17,879 nucleotides of DNA from Ginkgo biloba (Eukaryota > Plantae > Ginkgophyta). The stretch is from the NCBI GenBank assembly GCA_024626585.2, contig JANKJI020000002.1:191179616-191197494 (forward strand), read 5' to 3'. This document shows positions 9,926 through 17,879 of the stretch, piece by piece. Numbering within the stretch: the stretch's first letter is position 1; every line of letters begins with the position of its first letter. A program made the translations under genes and the position numbers. The notes under the pieces were generated by a model. It was not told the origin of the DNA and did no database searches. It saw nothing but the letters and a program-made list of their open reading frames with translations.

Positions 9926-11212
9926 AACAATGGAGATTCAACACAGAATCGATGACATCACAGTTCGATTTGTTGGTATTGAAGATGATAAACCTTTACA
10001 AAAGACATGGACAGACATCTGGTTTGCATTTCTGGATGATTTTCAGTCAGACAGACATGATGATATTAACAACAGTAGCAATAATAACAGTAGTCCAATT
10101 TGTTCTTGCCAGTCATATCAACAATGGATTGACGGTCCTTCAATAAAGGGAAGGCAATGACAGAACCAAACAAGATATGGGATATCAAAAAATGGTCAAG
10201 AAAACCATTGTATTTACATCCCTGCAACTGAGAGCAATTTGCCTGAGTTGCAAGATATACAAGATAAAGTCTAGGCTGAAGAATGCCAGTGGCAGTCGCT
10301 TCCCCATGACAAAAGGCAAAGTGAACAAAACCCCTGCATCAACACTAAGATCTAACCCCCAAGTACACAATTTTACAAAGAACAAGACTTGTAACCAAAA
10401 AAATGAAGAGTTTTGTGAAAATAGGGGGCCCATGTGGGGTCCCCCTTTTACCATTTTTTCAGTCAAACAACACCTATCAAACAGCACCATTGACAAACAA
10501 CAACCATCGTNNNNNNNNNNNNNNNNNNNNNNNNNNNNNNNNNNNNNNNNNNNNNNNNNNNNNNNNNNNNNNNNNNNNNNNNNNNNNNNNNNNNNNNNNN
10601 NNNNNNNNNNNNNNAATGGCATAGCCCTTGGACGTCAGGGGTTGTCCAACTTTAAAAGAAAATTCAAAATTTTTCCAAGAAAAGAAAAGGAAATGCATAT
10701 GGAGGCCACTAGCAAAGCCTTTGTTTTTTCATCGGGAGAATATGCTGAGCATGCATTTTGAGCAGTGGCTGGAAGTTAACTAATTTGAGCCTTGTTTTAC
10801 CTTTAAAACTTGGTTGGAGGTCCCCTCTTTTTATCAAATCAAGTTGGATTCAAGCCACTTGCAANNNNNNNNNNNNNNNNNNNNNNNNNNNNNNNNNNNN
10901 NNNNNNNNNNNNNNNNNNNNNNNNNNNNNNNNNNNNNNNNNNNNNNNNNNNNNNNNNNNNNNNNATCCATACCCAACCAGTGTGGTACCTCTCAACTAAA
11001 AATCTAGAAAATTTTGACTGTTCTCCAAAATAGGGATTTTTGGCTATTTGGAAAACACCTAATTTTTTCTTAACTTTGTTTGGATGGCCACAAGGGCAAG
11101 TGCCAATGGAACATGTGCCAATGCAACAAGTGCTGATGAAGCTATAACCAGGTAATTATTGTTGTTATTTTTCACCCACTACTTCATCTTTTGTCAAACT
11201 GCTTCTTTATCC

Positions 11213-12800
11213 ATGGCTGGGGGAGAAAGATATTACGCAAAGGTGGCTAAGCAATTGTTGAAGCCAAGTGCATCATCCATACAGCAGGGCAATCCAGAAC
11301 CTAATCATCCTTCAAAGTGCCCTAAACTTAAAGATGGATCTGAGTTTCCCCCTTGGTGGCACTTTCAGGGGAGATGGTTAGAAAATCACTTGGTACTTAG
11401 TTGATTTTCCCAAGTTGCAGGGTGGGCAGCTACACCACCAAATGCTTATATATGGCAGGTGTCGGAACAGGTTGAGGTAGCTTCATGTATGCTATTTCAA
11501 TGTAACCAAAATTCTGGACATCTTGAAACAAATGGCGAATGGGCATAATTCCCAACCCTGCATTTCCTGGATCAACAAGGTGAAGATTTCATACGATCCC
11601 CATGATTTTGAAAGATTGTTGGCTCTTTTGTGGCAGATTATTCAGTGTGGCAAACCTGTCAATGGGCATAGAAAATTTTAGATTATGCTGACAGGTGTAA
11701 ACAAGGGTGATCTGTCTCACAAGGTATTCATACAATCACGGGGAAAAAATGAAATAGAGAAACTATATTAATGTTCAAAAAAGATGAAAAGTGGCATCTC
11801 TTTAGGGCCCCTTCCCTCAGGGACAATTGAAGATTTGGTCAAAATGTTGAAAATGATCCCAAGACCATGGAGTAACATGATGGTGCTATGCATTCTAATC
11901 TCATATACCTTAGCCTCACAGAGATTGGCATATTTAAAGGTGAANNNNNNNNNNNNGGGGTCAACACTTGGAGTTCCCTCGGATCCCCTTCCCTTGGGTC
12001 CATTTGAGGTTTTTATCGAAGAAAAGGAAAGGGTCATATGTCTCTCTTCCCGCATGATGATGCCATGCGTCATCATCGTGAGGCCCCACCCCTCGTAAGG
12101 TTTCTAGATGGTTCCAAAGTGATAAATTACAAAGGCAGTGGCTACAGGCATAATAAGATGATGACATGTGTAATAATCGTAGGGATCCTCCTCTCACAGG
12201 ACTTTTATAACTTAGTGAAAATATTTTAAGAAGCTCCAAAGTTGAGAGTTCACTAAACAAAGCCACGTGGTGTAATCTCATGTTCTTCTATCTCTCAGAG
12301 TTTTATGTACTTGAAGNNNNNNNNNNNNNNNNNNNNNNNNNNNNNNNNNNNNNNNNNNNNNNNNNNNNNNNNNNNNNNNNNNNNNNNNNNNNNNNNNNNN
12401 NNNNNNNNNNNNNNNNNNNNNNNNNNNNNNNNNNNNNNNNNNNNNNNNNNNNNNNNNNNNNNNNNNNNNNNNNNNNNNNNNNNNNNNNNNNNNNNNNNNN
12501 NNNNNNNNNNNNNNNNNNNNNNNNNNNNNNNNNNNNNNNNNNNNNNNNNNNNNNNNNNNNNNNNNNNNNNNNNNNNNNNNNNNNNNNCGAGGTCTCATCA
12601 AAATCAAAGATATGAAAACAAATGGAATCAAAGAAGAAGCTATTGTGAATCGACACCAATAAGGATCATGTGTGGATGGATGGATGATCAAACATGGAAA
12701 AAGTTTGGTAAAACTTTAACAGCTTCTTATTATTTGTCATCTTCAAAAGTACAGTTGGCAATGGATGCACACAATGACCTCTGAGAATTGATGAATAATT
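11213..12800 (+). pseudogene. Decayed extra ORF downstream of integrase (retrotransposon accessory ORF, identity unknown)
   Basis: Starts at ccATGG (ATG 11213, MAGGERYYAKV...). After a frame change, one frame runs ~11330-11944 with only four stops (TAG 11379, TAG 11478, TAG 11679, TAA 11769) and continues into ORF 11784-12098. Coding-like sequence persists around the N gaps to ~12800, so the 3' boundary is approximate. Confidence 0.55.
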
Positions 12801-13036
12801 AAGCATGGCTAAAAGTTTTGTGATAAATTTCACCCCTGACTGAAGGTGAAATGTTGAGAATGTGATTGTCTCTGATTGAAGACTGATTGTGAAGTGCTCA
12901 TTGCAGAAAAGAAATGAGCGTTGTTTTTTTATTTGGCCTTATAACTCCTCAAGAAATGAGAGAGTTTATTGTTTTGATGCAGGTAGACTGCAGGATGAAA
13001 AATTTAAGTTGTGACCATTAAAAAAAGGTGGTGGAT

Positions 13037-13807
13037 TGATCGTGAATGTTTGAGAAGGTTGAATGTTGATGCAAACCATGATTGAAGTGAATGTTGTCCA
13101 TGAAGGACAAAAGCAGTGTTGTTCGTGAAGAATGTGAGATGATACATTGGTACATGTTGGTATGATTTTATATTAGTATATGTTCGAATGATGGCTTGAT
13201 GAATAGTCACATGTCAAAGATGATGCATGGAATGGGATGACCAAAGTTATCACAATGTGTGGATAAAGACCCACATGAGTGAATAGGTTAAACAAATGAT
13301 AATCTTGTTTTGTTTGGAGATATATATAATACAAAGAACACTGCCTTGGGAGAAAAGTAAACAACTCAGATGAGGTGTAATATCTTGGCAATATGCATCA
13401 ACCACATCTGGACGAAATTGACTCCTAACACACTATAGTCATTATGAGCCTTCCAGGGGTTGTCACTAATTCCAACCATGAGAAAAACTTTTATCTGGAG
13501 AGGCTCAAAAACATAGAAGATCTTGATTCATGAAATCATGATACGGAAACACCACCAAAAATGATTTCTCTTCACTTTTAACTTTCTCCAATCTGTATTG
13601 GTGATGGAGCATAGCTCTCTTTTCCTTTATTTTGCCATCTACTTACAGGCAGAGCACTCATGTAAAATACATTTATATCTGTGTAGACAGGAAGTGTGCC
13701 TCTCTCATTGTGCAGATTGCAGTAATTTTTCAGTGCTAGTGAATTTTTCAGTTACTCTGTATTTTCATTGTTTTGAGTGTAGTTTATGAACTCTGATGTA
13801 TTGGACA
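13037..13807 (+). mobile_element. Possible 3' LTR preceded by a polypurine-rich tract
   Basis: The purine-rich AAAAAAAAGGTGGTGGAT (~13020-13037) is followed by TG. There is a TATA-like GATATATATAAT near 13320, and the segment ends ...TTGGACA (13807) where the Copia RT fragment begins. No partner LTR or TSD was identified. Confidence 0.3.
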
Positions 13808-13921
13808 TTTGTGAGATTTCTTCTGTTGTTATTATGATAACTTCTATTAGGTTTATTTTGACTATTGCTTCTTCTTTTGATCTTGAAGTAGAGCAGATGG
13901 ATGTGAAGACAACATTTCTTC
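13808..13921 (+). mobile_element. Ty1/Copia reverse transcriptase fragment
   Basis: Frame 13801 reads (LDI)CEISSVVIMITSIRFILTIASSFDLEVEQMDVKTTFL, matching the diagnostic Copia RT motif EIFSPVxKxTSIRxxLxxAAxxDLEVEQMDVKTAFLHG. Confidence 0.9.
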
Positions 13922-14282
13922 NNNNNNNNNNTATTAAGATGTTTCAAAGGTGAGCCAGCTTGGTATTTTAAGCCACATTTTTCAAGTTTCCAATCTTACA
14001 TAAAAATCTTAAATCTGAAAATGTGAAACTGAAAAGGAATGAATTAAGATTCAGCCCAACAAGTAAAATCCAACCTTTGGCCTGTCCACACTAATCTGAA
14101 ATGCCCTAGATAAAAAAAGACTTCTTTCAAGCCAAAAAAATTGCAATTCAAATGCAAACTATGTTAGAATTTTTAAAATGAGNNNNNNNNNNNNNNNNNN
14201 NNNNNNNNNNNNNNNNNNNNNNNNNNNNNNNNNNNNNNNNNNNNNNNNNNNNNNNNNNNNNNNNNNNNNNNNNNNNNNNNNN

Positions 14283-15321
14283 CTGTTAGTCTATCAACTG
14301 GTAAATCAAGAATTCGAAAGAGATGATTTGCAACAACATTAGCTTTTCCTAGTTTATCAACTACTCTAAGTCGAATTTGTGCAACAACAAAAGAGATCAA
14401 ATGATCTGAGGATCGGTGATGGATTTATCCATCAAAAATTTAATTGTTGCATCATCTATACAAATTATGGCTAAGCTCAAAATGTAATGTATGAATTTGT
14501 CAATGGCAAAAACAATAGACAAGATCCGTCCTTTGTTAGGGTACCATTAAGGTATGTAGATGACTACAATTAGATAAGTTTTCTATCAAAGAATAACTTG
14601 AACAACAAAATCAAATGCATAATATGAATATGCAAAGGTTGTTTCGAATTAGGTCCTTGGAGAACTAGTGCAGAAATGAATTTCTGCTTCAAGACTTTGA
14701 AAGCCTCTTCACACTCTGGTATTTAATCAAATTGCATGTCCTTAATCAACCACCAATGTAGAGGAATAACAATCTTATTGAAATCTTTCATAAACCAATG
14801 TAGCCTGCAAGCCCAAGGAAACTCCAAATATCTTGGTTGGTTATGGCAGATTTTTAATGATGGCAATCTTTAGCCAAGTCCTCTACAATTCCCTCCTCAA
14901 AAAGCAAATGCCTAAGAACAATGCCTCAAGTAAGTAACATCTTACACTTTGCACTACTCAAGGAGATTTGTGTTGGTTCATATTTCTACAATGGGAATTC
15001 TAATCGTTCCAATGCTTCTTCAAATGTGTCGCCATACATAGAAAAGTCATCCATATATAAAGTTCAATGATATCATTAATATGCTCACAGAAAACGCTAA
15101 CAACAGTTCATGGAAGCATCGTAAGAGCATTGCACAAAGCAAAGGGTAAGACATGATATGGGAATGTGCCACAAGGACAAGTGAAAGTGGTTTTGTCTTC
15201 ACATTCTAACACAATCTGAATTTGGTTATCATGAGAAAAGTCATGAAGAAAAGAAAATTACTTCTTAGCAACAAGCTTGTCCAACAGTTGGTCAACAAAT
15301 CACAATGGAAATTGATATTTG
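14283..15321 (-). mobile_element. pol: Degenerate Ty3/Gypsy (Athila-like) RT and RNase H
   Basis: Minus strand reads FLHDFSHDNQIQIVLECEDKTTFTCPCGTFPYHVLPFALCNA, then LYMDDFSMYGDTFEEALERL (YMDD at 15046-15057), then SFLGLAGY, and ends with RH VVDKLGKANVVANHLFRI. Confidence 0.93.
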
Positions 15322-16004
15322 NNNNNNNNNNNNNNNNNNNNNNNNNNNNNNNNNNNNNNNNNNNNNNNNNNNNNNNNNNNNNNNNNNNNNNNNNNNNNNN
15401 NNNNNNNNNNNNNNNNNNNNNNNNNNNNNNNNNNNNNNNNNNNNNNNNNNNNNNNNNNNNNNNNNNNNNNNNNNNNNNNNNNNNNNNNNNNNNNNNNNNN
15501 NNNNNNNNNNNNNNNNNNNNNNNNNNNNNNNNNNNNNNNNNNNNNNNNNNNNNNNNNNNNNNNNNNNNNNNNNNNNNNNNNNNNNNNNNNNNNNNNNNNN
15601 NNNNNNNNNNNNNNNNNNNNNNNNNNNNNNNNNNNNNNNNNNNNNNNNNNNNNNNNNNNNNNNNNNNNNNNNNNNNNNNNNNNNNNNNNNNNNNNNNNNN
15701 NNNNNNNNNNNNNNNNNNNNNNNNNNNNNNNNNNNNNNNNNNNNNNNNNNNNNNNNNNNNNNNNNNNNNNNNNNNNNNNNNNNNNNNNNNNNNNNNNNNN
15801 NNNNNNNNNNNNNNNNNNNNNNNNNNNNNNNNNNNNNNNNNNNNNNNNNNNNNNNNNNNNNNNNNNNNNNNNNNNNNNNNNNNNNNNNNNNNNNNNNNNN
15901 NNNNNNNNNNNNNNNNNNNNNNNNNNNNNNNNNNNNNNNNNNNNNNNNNNNNNNNNNNNNNNNNNNNNNNNNNNNNNNNNNNNNNNNNNNNNNNNNNNNN
16001 NNNN
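15322..16004. other. Largest assembly gap or masked tract (683 N); one of 16 N-tracts
   Basis: Read directly. The tracts at 8308-8407, 10865-10964 and 14183-14282 are exactly 100 N, typical of placeholder gaps of unknown size. Confidence 0.95.
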
Positions 16005-16505
16005 TCTGATGTATTTGAACTCTCGTCCTGATGATTGCTTCAAACTCTCTATTGGTGTTTTCAGCTTGACCATTTGCCCAAGGGTAATAAGGTGTTTATT
16101 TCGGATGTTGAATCTGATATTCTTTTTTGAATGCTTCAATTATCTTATTGACAGAAGGAGTGCCTCAATCATTCACTACTTCACGAGGTGTGCCAAACTT
16201 GGTGAAAATTTCTTCATACAAAAAGATGGCCACATTGTTNNNNNNNNNNNNNNTGCAATTGGGCTCTCTCATGGACCAAACGTCTGCTCACTTTGCCATA
16301 TACTCAGTACGAACCATGAGATGCATATGATTCTTCTTGGATATTAGTGTGATTGGTCGAATGAAATCCAATTCCCCTTTTTCAAATGGTTCTAGGGCAA
16401 TCATTAGATGCATAGGTATTGATCTTGATTTTAGAGGCTTGCCCATTTGTTGGCATAAATCATAGGTATGAGCATAGTCTTTAGTATCTTCATATAGAGG
16501 AATGC
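16005..16505 (-). mobile_element. pol: Degenerate Ty3/Gypsy integrase (C2 half of the zinc finger plus rve core)
   Basis: LYEDTKDYAHTYDLCQQMGKP..LEPFEKGELDFIRPI..LMVRTEYMAK*; LYEEIFTKFGTPREVVND*GT..YQIQHPK*TPYYPWANGQAENTNREFEAII. Confidence 0.92.
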
Positions 16506-17879
16506 GAATGAAAACATTCTCCAAGTCATCAACAACATTGAAATGACAGTTACCCTTTGTTTCTCTTCATTTTTCAGTCTTTGAGGAAATGATATAGTGG
16601 CTTCTCTTTGTATAAGTGGTGAATTAGAAGTGGAAGGAGGTTCTTGATTCAAACTAGTTACATCCTTATGTTCTTCAATGATTACAATATTCTTTTTCTT
16701 TGATTTCTTAATGGGTGGTCCTTCCAAAAGCTTCCTTAAGCGTAAGGTCACCTTGGCACATGGTTGCATATGAATGATAACATCTTGTGCAAGAGTGGTT
16801 GTCTAATCAAAATTCTTGTTAAAATCAACAACATGCGTAGCATATTGTTGTTTCATGACTCCTATTGGGTTAGGGACATCTTAAGGCAGGAAATGAAAAG
16901 GGTGCATCTTTAGACACAGCTTAAGGGGCATCCAATTGAGTAGGTCTAATTGGATGTGACCCAGGAGTAGGTAAGTATTATGAAGAGATAGCGGATTGCC
17001 AAGGGTAAGCATACTGGTTGTTAGGATCTACTAATTGCTACTTTCTCAAGAAATGTTAAGTATAAGGAGAGGCAGAATAATTTTTCGACCCCAGTTGTCT
17101 ACGATGGTAGTATTGTGATTACATTAAATAGAGAATTCTATAAGAATAGCCATGATCAAAAGCATTGCACACAGTATAATGTGAAAAAACACCAAGAGCA
17201 TGAAAATTGTAATGTTACATACCCAAAGGATACATAGGTCTTCATGTAGAATGATACGAACTAAAGTCCTATGCAGGTTGGATTGATTCTCCTAACCCTA
17301 GTTCCATCTTCCTCTTATTTTATGCATCTTAGTGCAACATAGGTGCAGGAATGAATCCTCTCCCCCTTTGGCAACAACCTTTAATTTTCTCCACATTATA
17401 CAATCTTTATCTGCATGGTCATCCTCACAAATGCCACATTAGACTGTATTCCATCAATTGGACAACCATTCACAGAATGCTTTTGCCAACATTTGGAACA
17501 AAAAACAGCCAATGGTGCTAAAGAGGCCACATTTGGTTTCTTGCTCACTCTAGATATATCTATTCTANNNNNNNNNNGCTCAGGTTGTCCTCCTTAAGAC
17601 AACTAGCAGGTTACTTAATTCTGCTTTGTTAACCGCTTTGGATGCCACCCTATTTTCACTTAAACACAGGTAAAAATGCCAATACAACTATAGGGTTTTT
17701 TCCACCCCACTTCTTTGAGGCTTAGAGTACTGCAAGCATAACTCTTTGATAATGTGGTTGAAGTTATCTCTCTTGCAATCATCAAATCAGGCCACATCCT
17801 GACGCTTGATTGGATACCAACCAAGAAATCAATCTTCAAGGTGGATTCCTCGTGTCCATGGTTTGCAAACCGTCTTCTG
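16506..17879 (-). mobile_element. gag: Degenerate Athila-like gag (two zinc knuckles, TLRSGK-like motif, gag-protease linker); runs off the window end
   Basis: Minus strand: TLKIDFLVGI..IKELCLQYSK; two Cx2Cx3Hx4C knuckles, CSKCWQKHSVNGC (17462-17500) and CGICEDDHADKDC (17400-17438); VTLRLRKLLEGPP (compare ITLRSGK); FPQRL and DDLENVFIRIPL (compare the Athila PFPQRL...NIP linker). Confidence 0.8.

Noticed and set aside
10615-11107. Imperfect inverted repeat AATGGCATAGCCCTTG / CAAGGGCAAGTGCCAAT as MITE TIRs
   Set aside because: It has several mismatches and an indel, the left end abuts an N gap, and no TSD can be checked.
15222-16347. Long ORFs of 234-342 aa in the ORF track (also those at 12278-12784 and 10177-11033)
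   Set aside because: Their length is largely an artefact of reading through N tracts.

Overview
This is AT-rich, CpG-depleted eukaryotic DNA that looks like intergenic or long-intron sequence from a large plant genome. The retroelement motif styles resemble gymnosperm or fern elements, which is an inference. It is a nested graveyard of decayed transposable elements with 16 N-tracts, three of them exactly 100 N, and I find no intact protein-coding gene, RNA gene or CRISPR array. Left to right: (1) a decayed Ty3/Gypsy PR-RT-RH-INT on the minus strand (~325-2480); (2) an LTR (TGTTGA...TCAACA, 2944-3820) followed by a decayed Athila-type PBS and interrupted by a 366-bp hAT-type MITE with perfect 10-bp TIRs and an exact 8-bp TSD; (3) an Asn-rich gag-like remnant and a 31-bp minisatellite; (4) an L1-type LINE ORF2 C-terminal fragment (minus strand); (5) an unexplained exon-like island with a (CA)10 microsatellite; (6) a Ty3/Gypsy RNase H-integrase on the plus strand, followed by a long decayed extra ORF of unknown identity; (7) a short Ty1/Copia RT fragment; (8) a minus-strand Athila-like Ty3/Gypsy in which gag is joined directly to mid-integrase and RT-RNase H lie downstream of the integrase. 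All domain calls come from manual translation and motif recognition, and no database searches were run.
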